Of a DNA stretch of 64,000 nucleotides, positions 49,686-61,000 are shown piece by piece (positions within the stretch are counted from its first letter, which is position 1; every line of letters starts with the position of its first letter). A program made the translations under genes and the position numbers. This DNA is from an uncultured delta proteobacterium (GTDB taxonomy: Bacteria; Myxococcota_A; Polyangia; Polyangiales; Polyangiaceae). The DNA is taken from the NCBI GenBank assembly GCA_963841435.1, contig CAWJCS010000006.1, forward strand, positions 160,001-224,000. Direction: 5' to 3'. The notes under the pieces were generated by a model that saw only the letters and a list, made by a program, of their open reading frames with translations, had not been told where the DNA came from and did no database searches.

Positions 49686-51359
49686 ATGATTTGTCGGGGT
49701 CGCCGTTCGATAGTCGATGCGGTGTCCCGCACGCGACCTGCCCCCGTCAGCGACGACAGCGAGGAGTCCCGCGCCTTTCTCCAGGCTCGCGTCGCGCTGT
49801 TCTGGAAAGTGATGTTCTTCATCACGCTGTTCAGCAGCGGTCTAGGGGCCTTCGGTACGATTGCGCAGCGGGGCCTGGACTTCTGGCTCACCCTGGTGGT
49901 GAGCGGTCAATCGGCCGTCTTTTGGTGGTTGTGTGGCCGTGGCCAGTGGTCGATGCGGTCGTCCCGTCTGCTCGAGAGCGTCGGCTTGGTGTTCTATGTC
50001 ACCTGCGGCGCCTCGATCGGGCGCTTCCTTCTCGTCGGCGTGACGCACGATCGGTCGCTCGTGGACGCCTCGGCCATCATGATGGCCGACGGGTACGTCA
50101 CCATGCTCCAGCTGTTCGGGACCGCGCTGATGGTCGGCATTCGCGCCGCTCTGGTCCCGTCTCGACCGAGTCGTACCCTGATTGTCACCTCGTTGGTCGG
50201 CATCCCCCCGATCGTGATGACGACGTTCTTCGAGCCGACCGACGGCGGCGGGCTCAGCTTGCGCTCACTCGACTCGCCCGCTCTCCCCTGGCTCCCCGGC
50301 AGCGCGGTCGTGATGTGGGTTTTCGTGGTGATCACGTGCAGCGTCATCTCCAAGGTCATCTTCGGGCTCAGGGCAGAGGTAAAGGAAGCACGCCGCCTGG
50401 GCCAATACGTCCTCGAGCACAAGATCGGTGAAGGCGGCATGGGGGAAGTCTACCGGGCACGCCACGGCATGATGCGGCGCCCTTCGGCGATCAAATTGCT
50501 GCGCGGCAACCAAGCCAGCGATGCGCAGCTGCGTCGGTTCGAGAGGGAGGTGCAGCTGACGGCGCGGCTCACCCACCCCAACACGATCACGCTCTTCGAC
50601 TACGGTCGAACTCAGGACGGCCTCTTCTACTACGCGATGGAGCTGCTGGACGGCGCCAACCTCCAGCGCATCGTCGAGGTCAGCGGCCCACAACCGGCGG
50701 CTCGCGTCGTGCGCATCCTGTCCATGGCTTGTGGCGCGCTGATCGAAGCGCACGATGTCGGCTTGGTCCATCGCGACATCAAGCCCGCCAACCTCATGTT
50801 GTGTCGCCAGGGCGGGGAGTACGACGTCTTGAAGTTGCTCGACTTCGGCCTCGTCAAGGAGCTCGCGGTTGAGGGGGAGGCGCGCCTGACGGGTGTGAGC
50901 ACGCTGCTCGGCACCCCTCAATACATGGCGCCAGAGACGATCTTGCAGGCAGACTCGGCGGACGCCCGCTCCGACCTTTACGCTCTCGGAGCTGTAGCGT
51001 ACTACCTGCTTGCCGGGGCGGACGTGTTCGACGGCAAGTCGGTGATCGAGCTCTGCACCCAGCACTTGCGAAACGCGCCTGCGCCGCTCGCTGCGCGAGG
51101 TGTGACCGTACCCGCCGAGCTCGAGGCGCTCGTGCTCGCCTGCCTCGAAAAGGAGCCAACTCGACGACCCCAAGACGCAGCTGAGCTCCGCCGCAAGCTC
51201 GAAGCTTGCGCGATGGCGCCCTGGACCAGCGACGATGCGCGCACCTGGTGGCTCCAGCACCACGCCGCACTCGACGCAGAACAGCCCCGAGGCAACGACT
51301 CGTCCCACGCCGCCACCATCCACGACCCTTGGCGGTCGCTAGCCGCCGAAGAGCACTGA
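49686..51359 (+). CDS. Membrane-anchored Ser/Thr protein kinase
   Basis: N-terminal TMs; IGEGGMGEVY, AIKLL, HRDIKPAN, DFGLVK, GTPQYMAPE. Confidence 0.93.
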   Translation: MICRGRRSIVDAVSRTRPAPVSDDSEESRAFLQARVALFWKVMFFITLFSSGLGAFGTIAQRGLDFWLTLVVSGQSAVFWWLCGRGQWSMRSSRLLESVGLVFYVTCGASIGRFLLVGVTHDRSLVDASAIMMADGYVTMLQLFGTALMVGIRAALVPSRPSRTLIVTSLVGIPPIVMTTFFEPTDGGGLSLRSLDSPALPWLPGSAVVMWVFVVITCSVISKVIFGLRAEVKEARRLGQYVLEHKIGEGGMGEVYRARHGMMRRPSAIKLLRGNQASDAQLRRFEREVQLTARLTHPNTITLFDYGRTQDGLFYYAMELLDGANLQRIVEVSGPQPAARVVRILSMACGALIEAHDVGLVHRDIKPANLMLCRQGGEYDVLKLLDFGLVKELAVEGEARLTGVSTLLGTPQYMAPETILQADSADARSDLYALGAVAYYLLAGADVFDGKSVIELCTQHLRNAPAPLAARGVTVPAELEALVLACLEKEPTRRPQDAAELRRKLEACAMAPWTSDDARTWWLQHHAALDAEQPRGNDSSHAATIHDPWRSLAAEEH

Positions 51360-51753
51360 ACCTCTGACCGCACGCGGCAGTCGGCGGGACCCTCTGGAAG
51401 CGACACGCGGCCGTGAGAGGACGCGGCCGCGTACCTGCTCGCCTTGTGGGTCCGATCGGCTCACCGACCGAGCGGCAGCATGAGCTGCCCGGGCACGGGA
51501 GGCAGCGCACGTGGAGGCGGACGAGGCGCCGCCCTAGCCGCGGGAGCTCGCCGAAAAAAAGACGGGCTCCTCTTGCGGTCCCTCGGACTAGCCAGCGCTT
51601 GCAGAACAGACACGCTGCAAGTCTCTCCTGTCACCGCAAGGCGGAAGGTGTCAGCCGCCGCGCGCTGCCTCTGACTTGGAATTTTGCGCCCCCATGGTGA
51701 AAAAAAATGCACCTGGTCCTGTCGCGCGGGGGCAAAAGCGGGAATTGTTGAGC

Positions 51754-53001
51754 ATGGTCCGTCACTCTCGTTCGCTCGCCTCGGTCGGTGTCTTCGCCCC
51801 TTGCTTCGTGACCGTAGCCGTCGCGACAGCATGCGCGTCCAACTCGCCCACTGACCCAGTCTTCGACTTTGGGAGCGGCGGAGCCTCGACGGCCGGACTC
51901 GGCGGCACGAGTGGGGCCGGTCAAGCTGGCTCGGGCGGCACGCTGGGCGGCTCGACGGCAAGCGGCGGCAACGCGGGCTCGGCTGCCTCCGGCGCGGGCG
52001 GCGCCACCGGCGGCGGCGGAAATGTCGGCGGTAGCTCTGGCACGACCGGCGGGCTCGGCGGAGCGGGCGTCACCGGGGGCGCGGGCAACATGGGCGGCTC
52101 TGCGGGCACCAGCGGTACGGGCGCGGCGGGCTCGGGCGGCGTGGCGGGCTCGGCCGGCGCGGCAGGCTCGGGCGCGGGCGGCGTGGCGGGCTCGGCCGGC
52201 GCGGCAGGCTCGGGTGGTCGAGGGGGCGCGGGCGGCGCGGCGGGCTCGGGTGGTCGAGGCGGCGCGGGTGGCGCGGGCGCCGGAGGAAGCAGTGCGGGGA
52301 CCGGCGGCAGCGGTGGTGCGACCGTCATCGACTGCTCGGCGGCGATGCCGAGCGGCGGAACGGATCACTGCGGACAGAACACTCAAGGCACGGCCGGCGG
52401 CCTCAGCTGGTCGCTCTGGTCCAACAGTCTGAGTGGCAGCGCCTGCATCACCACCTTCAGCACTCCCGCGTTTAGCGCGCGCTTTAGCAACAATAGCGAT
52501 TTCCTCGCCCGCATCGGCCTGGAATTCGGCAATAGCGGGAAGCCACACGGACAGTACGGGACGATCAAGGCAGACTTCAGCTACAAGAAGTCGGGAAGCG
52601 CGGGCGGCTACTCCTATATCGGAGTTTACGGGTGGACCACCAACCCCTGTGTCGAGTGGTACATCGTCGATGATAGGTGGGGCACGATGCCGTTCGATGC
52701 CTACAACGCAAGCCTCAAGGGGACTGCGTCGATGGACGGCGCGAGCTACAAGATATTCCAGAACAAGACCAATGGAACGGGCGGCTCGAGATGCAGCGGC
52801 GTCTCGCAGTGGGATCAGTACTGGAGCATCAGGCAGTCGGCGCGTCAGTGCGGAACGATCACCGTTTCCGATCACTTCACGGCATGGGAAGGCGTGGGGT
52901 TGCAGCTTGGTGGTCTCTTGGAGGCCAAGATTCTCGTAGAAACCGGGGGCGGAACGGGAGACATCGAGTTCCCCGTCGCCAACGTAACGGCGACCCAATA
53001 G
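51754..53001 (+). CDS. GH11 endo-1,4-beta-xylanase lipoprotein with Gly-rich linker
   Basis: YIGVYGWTTNPCVEWYIV, QYWSIRQ, GTITVSDHF, ILVETGGGTG. Confidence 0.88.
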   Translation: MVRHSRSLASVGVFAPCFVTVAVATACASNSPTDPVFDFGSGGASTAGLGGTSGAGQAGSGGTLGGSTASGGNAGSAASGAGGATGGGGNVGGSSGTTGGLGGAGVTGGAGNMGGSAGTSGTGAAGSGGVAGSAGAAGSGAGGVAGSAGAAGSGGRGGAGGAAGSGGRGGAGGAGAGGSSAGTGGSGGATVIDCSAAMPSGGTDHCGQNTQGTAGGLSWSLWSNSLSGSACITTFSTPAFSARFSNNSDFLARIGLEFGNSGKPHGQYGTIKADFSYKKSGSAGGYSYIGVYGWTTNPCVEWYIVDDRWGTMPFDAYNASLKGTASMDGASYKIFQNKTNGTGGSRCSGVSQWDQYWSIRQSARQCGTITVSDHFTAWEGVGLQLGGLLEAKILVETGGGTGDIEFPVANVTATQ

Positions 53002-53079
53002 TTCCTCCGCCTCGGCTTTGCCGAGCCACGCGCTCGGTCTGCACCAGGTCGCCTCGGAGTACCGAGCAGCGGGGTGAGA

Positions 53080-53496
53080 CTACACGCTCGCGACGCGCTT
53101 CATCAGCGTGCCGCACAGCTTGGACTGCGGGTCGCGCTTTCGCTCGAGGTCGAGGCCGGCCCGGAAGGTGGCGCCCGCTTGCGCCTCGTCGCCGAGCACG
53201 ACGTAGCAGATGCCGAGCAGCTCGTGGTCGGCCGGCTCGGCGTGCGCGGCAACGAGCGCCGTCAAGAGCTTGGCAGCCACGCGGCTTGCCTCCTTCATCG
53301 CGTCAGTCGGGGTCGCGGGCGCGCCCTTGGCCAGCACCATGAGCCGAAGCGCCAGCCGCTGGTCCTCCGCGCGGTAGCCCGCGAACTCCGGACTCGCAAA
53401 CAACTCGCGATACCCCTGGTACCCCGCGTCCGCGCCACCCTCCTTCGCACCGGCGATGATTCGCTTGACCGCTTCGCTCAGCACCGCGTTTGCCAT
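53080..53496 (-). CDS. Hypothetical protein (TPR-like helical)
   Basis: 138-aa ORF with plausible composition; HELLGICYVVLGDEAQAGATF is TPR-like. Confidence 0.6.
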   Translation of the reverse strand: MANAVLSEAVKRIIAGAKEGGADAGYQGYRELFASPEFAGYRAEDQRLALRLMVLAKGAPATPTDAMKEASRVAAKLLTALVAAHAEPADHELLGICYVVLGDEAQAGATFRAGLDLERKRDPQSKLCGTLMKRVASV

Positions 53497-53645
53497 CGAC
53501 GCATCTTAGCATCATCGGGAGGCGCTCGTTCTGACTTGGGGCGTGCTCTCGAGCTACTCCCGCTCCCAAGAAAGAGCGCTGCCGGCCGGGCACCAGCGCT
53601 GGGCTCGGCTGCTCAGTCGCTAGTTCTCTAGGAATCTTTGGTCCT

Positions 53646-53861
53646 ATGAATCCAGGCAGGTCACCATCAGCGAAACGCCTCACCATCACCATCACCATCA
53701 CCGGCTCCGTGACCCCCGGCATGCTCTACTCGCTCGATCCGACGACGGACATCTGCACGGCGGTGGATCCCGTGAGCCTCTCGAACCGGACACTGCTGGA
53801 GCTCGGCGACCCCTTTGATCCGGAGGAGCTCGTCCGGGCCGAGCGCGTCATGCGCGACTAG
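53646..53861 (+). CDS. Small hypothetical protein or remnant
   Basis: 71-aa ORF, no recognised motif. Confidence 0.25.
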   Translation: MNPGRSPSAKRLTITITITGSVTPGMLYSLDPTTDICTAVDPVSLSNRTLLELGDPFDPEELVRAERVMRD

Positions 53862-53990
53862 CTCGCGCTCGACGCCGAGCTGCCGGCTCTGGGTGGAAGC
53901 GCTGGGCGTGGCTGCTCAGGCACGTGTTTGCCCTGCCGAGGGCCACACGAAAGCTGATGGGCGCTTCGCGGGTCGGTGAGCGCCGGCGCT

Positions 53991-54509
53991 TCAGCCGCGC
54001 ACCTCGTAGTGCATCCGCACCGTTCCCTCGCCGACCTTCGCCACCTCCCTGAGCACGAGCTTCTGCTCGAACGCCCCACCTTCCGTGATGAGCGGCAGCC
54101 CCCCTCCGAACAGCACCGGCTCGACCACGAGGCGGAGGTCTGTCACGAGCCCAGCCCTCGAGAACTCGCTGACCGTCATCGCCCCGCCGACGATCACGGC
54201 CTCGGCATGCCCCCGCTCCTGGAGAAGGCCGACGACGCCTTCGGGTTTTTCGTCGGTGAAGACCACGGTCGGGTTCGGGGAGCTGAGGTCGGTGCGTGAG
54301 GTGAGCACGATCGTGGTGCCGCTGTCTTTCAGCGGAAGATTTTGGGGCGAAAGGATGTCGTAGGTCCGCCGGCCCATGATCACGGCTTGCGTTCGGGCGC
54401 AGATTGCTGCGAAGCCTTCACCGAATTGCGGGGAGAGCCAGTCGGGGGCTCCTTGCGGGCTCGAGATCATGCCGTTGGCCGATAGCGCCATGTAGATGCT
54501 GATTTTCAT
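53991..54509 (-). CDS. Dihydrofolate reductase-like (RibD C-terminal) protein
   Basis: YMALSANGMI, AVIMGRRTY, VGGA, PVLFGGGLPL. Confidence 0.88.
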   Translation of the reverse strand: MKISIYMALSANGMISSPQGAPDWLSPQFGEGFAAICARTQAVIMGRRTYDILSPQNLPLKDSGTTIVLTSRTDLSSPNPTVVFTDEKPEGVVGLLQERGHAEAVIVGGAMTVSEFSRAGLVTDLRLVVEPVLFGGGLPLITEGGAFEQKLVLREVAKVGEGTVRMHYEVRG

Positions 54510-54619
54510 GTGTTCACCGCCTTGGGTCGCGCGAAGGGCGGCCACGGCCGCACTTCAGCGTGGTTCGGGTGCGACTAGCTTTGGGGATGCGGCCCAGGCC
54601 GCCAGTACCAAAGGCGGAG

Positions 54620-55657
54620 TCATGACGACGCTTTCGGGAGCTCTCGAACGGGGTAGCGTGCGTCCGCGTGGCTCTCGCCGCTGCGAATGCTCTGGCGGAA
54701 GCTCGCGGGTGAGGTTCCGTAGGCGCGGCGGAAGGCGGTACTGAAGTGGTTCGGATAGGCATAGCCGACGGCGGCGGCAATCTGTTTGACGGAGTCTTCG
54801 GTGTCACGGAGGAGGCGGCACGCTTCCGCAAGGCGCGCGACGAGGAGGTAGGCGTGGACCGGGCGGCCGAAGACGGCTTTGAAGTCGCGCTTGAGGCTGA
54901 ATTCGTTGATACCGACCGCGTGCGCGACCTCGGTGAGCGTGGGTGGCCTCGAGACCCGCGCGAGGAGGAGCTCCCGTGCCGCGTGCATCCGCTCGATCTG
55001 ACGGCTGTGCGGGTGCGCGCCGGGCGGGTCGGGGTGCTCGCAAAGCGAGAGGGCAAGCCACTCGAGCGCACGCGACTCGAGGAACAGGGGCTGGAGGGCG
55101 CCGTAGTGCGAGCTGTTCATCAGCTCAGCGATCTGGTCGATGAGGCGCCTCAATGGGAGCGCCGTGTATGGCTCGCCGCAGAACGCTGTGCCGGTCGCCA
55201 CGTGCGACGCGAGCTTTTCGAGCTCGGGATGGCGCGCCGCCAGGTCCGTGATCATGGAGGGGGCGAAAACGATGCGGAAGGCTTCGTTTTCCACGTCGGC
55301 TTGCAGGCGCACCGTGGAGCGGGACCGCGGCGCCGCGAACACCTGGAGCTCTCCGACGCGGTCGCCGAACCCCGCTTCCAGGCCTTCGATCGAGAAGGTG
55401 CCGGGGCCGCGTAGCGACGTGTGGACCGCAGTGATGGGAGCCGCTCCGTCGTGGCGCAGCAATAGATCCTCTCGCGCCTGGTTTTCGCCGTGGATGAACA
55501 GGAGCGCGCCGGAGATCAGCTGCCGCGAACGCGCTCGGAGGAGCGGGCTGTCGAGAGCCAGCCATTCTTCTCGCACGCCACCGGGGAGGGTGCGGCTCGC
55601 CCGTCGCGCCCCCGCGAAGAGCTCCTCGAACGTCGTCGCTCCCGATGCCGTAGGCAT
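54620..55657 (-). CDS. AraC-family transcriptional regulator
   Basis: PPTLTEVAHAVGINEFSLKRDFKAVFG; VGYAYPNHFSTAFRRAYG. Confidence 0.9.
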   Translation of the reverse strand: MPTASGATTFEELFAGARRASRTLPGGVREEWLALDSPLLRARSRQLISGALLFIHGENQAREDLLLRHDGAAPITAVHTSLRGPGTFSIEGLEAGFGDRVGELQVFAAPRSRSTVRLQADVENEAFRIVFAPSMITDLAARHPELEKLASHVATGTAFCGEPYTALPLRRLIDQIAELMNSSHYGALQPLFLESRALEWLALSLCEHPDPPGAHPHSRQIERMHAARELLLARVSRPPTLTEVAHAVGINEFSLKRDFKAVFGRPVHAYLLVARLAEACRLLRDTEDSVKQIAAAVGYAYPNHFSTAFRRAYGTSPASFRQSIRSGESHADARYPVRELPKASS

Positions 55658-55803
55658 TGCTCCCAGAAGCGTACTGGCCAGCCTCGAACTGGGCACTACC
55701 TTACTGACAGGCGAGTGAGATTGCTCGCGGCAGCCGGTTGCGCGCGACAAGACTGCCCCGTCGCCCGCCGGCCGAGCGTGCTCTCGCCACCAGCGAGGCA
55801 AAA

Positions 55804-56790
55804 ATGCAGAGCGGCCACCGGATCGAACATCATCACATCGAGCTCGAGGGGATCCGCTGCCACTACGCGCTCGCGGGGTCGGGCCCGCTCGTCGTGCTGG
55901 TGCACGGCTTTCCGGAGCTCTGGTATTCCTGGCGCGAGCAGCTGTCCGCGCTCGCCGCGGCTGGGTTCCGGGCGGTCGCACCCGATCTACGCGGGTTCGG
56001 GGAGAGCTCCGTGCCCGAGCGCGTGGAGGACTACAGTTTGCTCGAGCACGGGGCGGACATCCAGGGGCTCATCGCGGCGCTCGGGGAGCAGCGGGCCGTG
56101 CTCGTGGGGCACGATTGGGGAGCGAATCTCGTCTGGCTGATGGCACTCCGCTATCCGCAGCTGGTGCGCGCCGTGGTCGCGCTGAGCGTCCCGTTTTATC
56201 CCGAGCCGCGCGACCCGAGCGCCATCAAGGCGTTCGCGTCGGGTCACTTCAACTTCATGCAGTACTTTCAGCGGCCGGGCGCGGTCGAGGCCGAGTTCGA
56301 GCGGGATCCGCGCGGGTTCCTGCGCAGGTTTTTCTACGGTCTATCGGGAGATGCTCCGCGGGGCACCGTCGAGCACCTCTTCCAGGAAAAGCCCGCGAAC
56401 GCGACGCTCATGGACGGGTTTCCCGCGCCACCCGCCGAGCTGCCATGGCTCCGCGAACGCGATCTGGATCGCTACGTCTCGGCATTCGAGCGGACTGGCC
56501 TCTCGGGTGCGCTCGGATTCTACCGGAATCTCGAGCGCGACTACCCGGCGCTCAAGGAGATCTATCGGCATCGGCTCGAGCAGCCGGTGCTCTTCCTCGG
56601 CGGTGCCGAGGAGCCCACCCTGCGGTTCGGTAGCCTCGACCCGATGCGGCGGTCGTTGCCGAACCTCCGGCAAGCGATCGTGCTTCCGGGTTGCGGGCAC
56701 TGGGTCCAGCAGGAGCGCGCCGCCGCCGTCAACGAAGCATTGGTCGCTTTCTTGAAGGACGAAGTCGAGGGGACGAGGAGATCATCATGA
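55804..56790 (+). CDS. Alpha/beta hydrolase (epoxide hydrolase-like)
   Basis: HGFPELWYSWR, APDLRGFG, GHDWGA, GHWVQQE. Confidence 0.92.
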   Translation: MQSGHRIEHHHIELEGIRCHYALAGSGPLVVLVHGFPELWYSWREQLSALAAAGFRAVAPDLRGFGESSVPERVEDYSLLEHGADIQGLIAALGEQRAVLVGHDWGANLVWLMALRYPQLVRAVVALSVPFYPEPRDPSAIKAFASGHFNFMQYFQRPGAVEAEFERDPRGFLRRFFYGLSGDAPRGTVEHLFQEKPANATLMDGFPAPPAELPWLRERDLDRYVSAFERTGLSGALGFYRNLERDYPALKEIYRHRLEQPVLFLGGAEEPTLRFGSLDPMRRSLPNLRQAIVLPGCGHWVQQERAAAVNEALVAFLKDEVEGTRRSS

Positions 56791-57485
56791 AGGGCGCCTA
56801 TCGAATGTTTCCGCTCGGGCTCCGGCTCAGCCATCTCGCGTTGGTACGAAACGCGCGCACGTTCTCGAAGATCGAGGACGGCGCCGGGGATTCCGTGCTT
56901 GCCGGCGATGAGACGAAACGTGCGATATCGCGAAAGCGCGTCGCCGATTACGTCGCCTGGTACGCCGACTTCCTCGACGTGCACCACCGCGGCGAGGACG
57001 AGCACATCTTCCCGGCGCTTCGCCGCGCCTCCGAGGGCCGCTCCACGGACATCGCGCACCTCGACCGCTGGGTGATCGAGCACCGCGACATTTACCGGCT
57101 CGGCTCCGAGCTGCGGCAGGCGGCGCGGCAGCTCGGCGAGGGGTCGATGGGCGCGCTCCGCGTCCTGCGCGATCGGTCGGCGGAGCTCGCGGCGCTGCTC
57201 GCGCCGCACCTCGCCGCCGAAGAAGAGGTGCTCACGCCCGAGCACTTGCCGGAGATGATCTCGGAGCACGAGCTCGAGCGAGCCGAGCTCGCAATCCCGC
57301 GCGCGCAAGGCGCCGGGGCCCTGCGGAGCGCGACGTTCCTCGTCCACTCGCTCGAGCCGGTCGAGCAGCGCGAGCTACTCGGCGAGACGCCCTGGGTGTT
57401 CCGCAAGGTGGTCTTGAGTTGGCTCGGGAAGCCGACGGTCTGGCGGTATCGTGCGCTGATGCCGTCGCCGGACGTCGCGCTCTGA
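56787..57485 (+). CDS. Hemerythrin-domain protein
   Basis: HHRGEDEHIFP, EH, HLAAEE; ATGA overlap with the hydrolase. Confidence 0.8.
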   Translation: MKGAYRMFPLGLRLSHLALVRNARTFSKIEDGAGDSVLAGDETKRAISRKRVADYVAWYADFLDVHHRGEDEHIFPALRRASEGRSTDIAHLDRWVIEHRDIYRLGSELRQAARQLGEGSMGALRVLRDRSAELAALLAPHLAAEEEVLTPEHLPEMISEHELERAELAIPRAQGAGALRSATFLVHSLEPVEQRELLGETPWVFRKVVLSWLGKPTVWRYRALMPSPDVAL

Positions 57486-57540
57486 CGCGCCGGTCTCCGC
57501 GGCGGGTCGTGCTGCCGGCATGGGCGGTTCGCCGGAGTCT

Positions 57541-57902
57541 CGGCGAAAGATCACCGTGGGAATAGAAGTATCCCTCGATGGCGCCTGGGTGGAGATAGGG
57601 CCGCATTTTGGAAAAACGTCTTTCAGTTCCACAGCGCGGACGTAAAAGAGTAGCTGAACGACCTTTTGTTTATGCCCGACGCGCTGCTGAGGGGGCGGAA
57701 GACCTACGAGGTCTTCGCCCAGGTCTGGCCGGCGAGCGTGGAACGCCACGCTCATCGCGGGCGACGTTGTCGAGGCGATCGGGAAGGTCAAGCAAGAGAA
57801 GGGCCGCGCCTCTTCGAGCACCGGGGCGTCCGGACCCTGAAACTGCTCGGCGCCCAGACGTTCGACTCGGGCGTCGTCGTCCTGCACTATCAGCCTCGAT
57901 GA
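57541..57902 (+). pseudogene. Decayed DHFR-like (RibD C-terminal) gene
   Basis: Fragments RKITVGIEVSLDG, DALLRGRKTYEVFA, GDVVEAI, FDSGVVVLHYQ across frames. Confidence 0.65.
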
Positions 57903-58042
57903 CGTGAGGGCCCGGGGGCTGGGCAAGCGCCCCCGTCCGCGACATGTCGCAGAAGGCCGCGCCACACCGCCGCCACGCCGAAGGATAAACTGGCGCGCCA
58001 GACGCCCCAAAACCGGGCACGTTTCCTGCACCGATTGCGCGC

Positions 58043-61000
58043 ATGCACGTTCGCCCCGCGCGGGCAGCCGAGGCGGCGTCGGGTACCGAGCTGCCTCTAG
58101 TGACTGTTCTGGAGGTTTTGCGCGCCGTGCGCGGAGGTGACTTCTCGGCGAGCATGCCCAAGGGGTTAGCTGGGGCAGCAGGCGACGTGGCGGAAGAGCT
58201 AAACGAGATCATTCGCCTCAACCGGGCCCTCGCCGAAGAGCTTTCGCGTGTCAGCGTGGTGGTCGGGCGCGAGGGCAAGCTCAAGCAGCGCGCCACCCTG
58301 AGCGACGCGCAGGGGGGATGGAAGGAGTGCCTCGAGTCGGTCAACACCGTGATCGACGACCTGGTGCGGCCCTCTCACGAGGTCGGGCGCGTGATCCGCG
58401 CGGTCGCCGATGGTGATCTTTCCCAGACCATGGCGCTTGAGGTCGACGGGCGCAGGCTCAGGGGCGAGTACCTGCGGACCGCCCGAGTCGTCAACGGCAT
58501 GGTGGAGCAGCTTGCCTCGTTCGCAAGCGAGGTGACGCGCGTTGCGCGTGAGGTCGGCACCGAGGGCAAGCTCGGCGGCCAGGCGCGCGTGCGCGGCGTC
58601 GCGGGAACGTGGCGCGACCTCACCGAGGGCGTGAACCTGATGGCCGGAAACCTGACGGCGCAGGTGCGGCGCATCGCCGAGGTGACGACCGCCGTCGCCA
58701 ACGGCGACCTCTCCAAGAAGATCACCGTCAACGCGCGCGGGGAGATCCTCGAGCTCAAGAACACCATCAACACCATGGTGGACCAGCTGAACTCGTTCGC
58801 GAGCGAGGTCACGCGCGTGGCGCGCGAGGTCGGCACCGAGGGCAAGCTCGGCGGCCAGGCGCGCGTGCGCGGCGTCGCGGGGACGTGGAAGGACCTCACC
58901 GATAGCGTCAACTCGATGGCGAGCAACCTGACGGCCCAGGTGCGCAACATCGCCGAGGTGACGACCGCGATCGCGCGCGGTGACTTGTCGAAGAAGATCA
59001 CGGTTAACGTGCGAGGTGAGATTTGGGAGCTCAAGGACACCATCAACACGATGGTCAACCAGCTGAACGCCTTCGCGAGCGAGGTCACGCGCGTCGCTCG
59101 CGAGGTCGGCACCGAAGGCAACCTCGGCGGTCAGGCGCGCGTCCCGGGCGTCGCGGGCACGTGGAAAGACCTCACCGACGGCGTGAACTCGATGGCGAGC
59201 AACCTCACGGCCCAGGTGCGCAACATCGCCGAGGTGACGACGGCCGTGGCGCGCGGCGACCTGTCCAAGCAGATCAGCGTCAACGTGAAGGGGGAGATTG
59301 CCGAGCTGAAGAACACCGTCAATACGATGGTCGACCAGCTGAACGCCTTCGCGAGCGAGGTCACGCGCGTGGCGCGCGAGGTTGGCACCGAGGGCAAGCT
59401 CGGCGGCCAGGCGCGCGTGCCTGGCGTCGCGGGCACGTGGATGGATCTCACCGACAACGTCAACTCGATGGCGACCAACCTCACCAACCAGGTGCGCGGA
59501 ATCGCGAAGGTGGTGACCGCCGTGGCCGGCGGCGACTTGACGCTCAAGCTGGCTCTCGAAGCGCGCGGGGAAATTGCCGAGCTCGCCGAGACAATCAACG
59601 GCATGACGAACACGCTCGCGATCTTTGCGCAACAGGTGCTCACCGTGGCGCGCGAGGTCGGCGTCGAGGGCAAGCTCGGCGGCCAGGCCAAGGTGCCGGG
59701 CGTGGCCGGGACCTGGCGCGACTTGACCGACAACGTCAACGAGCTCGCCGCGAACCTGACGACGCAGGTGCGCGCCATCGGCGACGTCGCGACGGCCGTG
59801 ACGAAGGGGGACCTCACCCAGTACATCACCGTCGAAGCATCGGGCGAGGTTGCGGCGCTCAAGGATCACATCAACGAGATGATCCGCAATCTGAAGGACA
59901 CCACCCAAAAGGCCAAGGAGCAAGACTGGCTCAAGACCAACCTCGCGCGCTTCACGCGCATGCTGCAGGGCCAACGCGACCTCGTGACCGTCGCCGAGCA
60001 GATGCTGTCGGAGCTTGCGCCGCTCGTTGCGGCCCAGCACGGCCTCGTGTACATGAGGCAGCAAGGTGACGCCGAGGTGCGGCTCAACTTGGTCGCGAGC
60101 TACGCCGCGTCGAGCCATACGGTGAAGAGCTTTCGGCTCGGCGAGGGGCTCGTGGGCCAGTGCGCGCGCGACAAGCGCAAGATCGTCCTCTCACCGGTGC
60201 CCTCGACTTACGGGCCGATCCATTCGGGTCTCGGACCGGTCACGCCGGGCAAACTCGTGATCCTACCGGTGCTTTTCGAGGGGCAGGTGAACGCCGTGAT
60301 CGAGCTCGCGTGCAACGAGCCGCTCAGCGAGATCCATGAGGTGTTCTTGGGCCAACTCACCGAATCGCTCGGTATCGTCGTGAACACCATCGCCGCCAGC
60401 ATGAGAACGGAGGCGCTGCTCCAGCAATCGCAGTCGCTGACGCAGGAGCTGCAGACGCAACAAGAGGAGCTCCGGCAGACCAACGAGCGTCTGGAGCATC
60501 AGGCCGCCACGCTGACGGAGAGCCAGGAACAGCTCGAGGCACAACAGGAACAATTGCGCCGGACGAACGAGCAGCTCGAGGAAAAAGCCAAGCTGCTCGA
60601 GCTGAAGAACGGCGAGGTCGAGCTCGCCAAGGCGGAGCTCGAGGACAAGGCCGCGCAGCTAGCACTGACATCGAAGTACAAGTCCGAGTTCCTCGCGAAC
60701 ATGTCGCACGAGCTTCGCACACCGCTCAACAGCCTGTTGATTCTCTCCAAGATGCTCGCCGACAACCTCGAGGGCAACCTGACGCGAAACCAGGTCGATT
60801 TCGCGCACACCATCGTGTCGGCGGGAACGGACTTGCTCGCGCTCATCAACGATATCCTCGACCTCTCGAAGATCGAGTCCGGGACGATTGCCGTCGATCT
60901 GGCGGAAGTCCACCTCGCTGACCTCGGCGAGTACCTCGCGCAGAGCTTCCGACACGTCGCTTCGCAAAAGGGCCTCGAGTTTCGCGTCGAGATGCGCGCT

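Noticed and set aside
58520-59830. Long ~276-bp DNA repeats
   Set aside because: Explained by poly-HAMP protein repeats of a known kinase class
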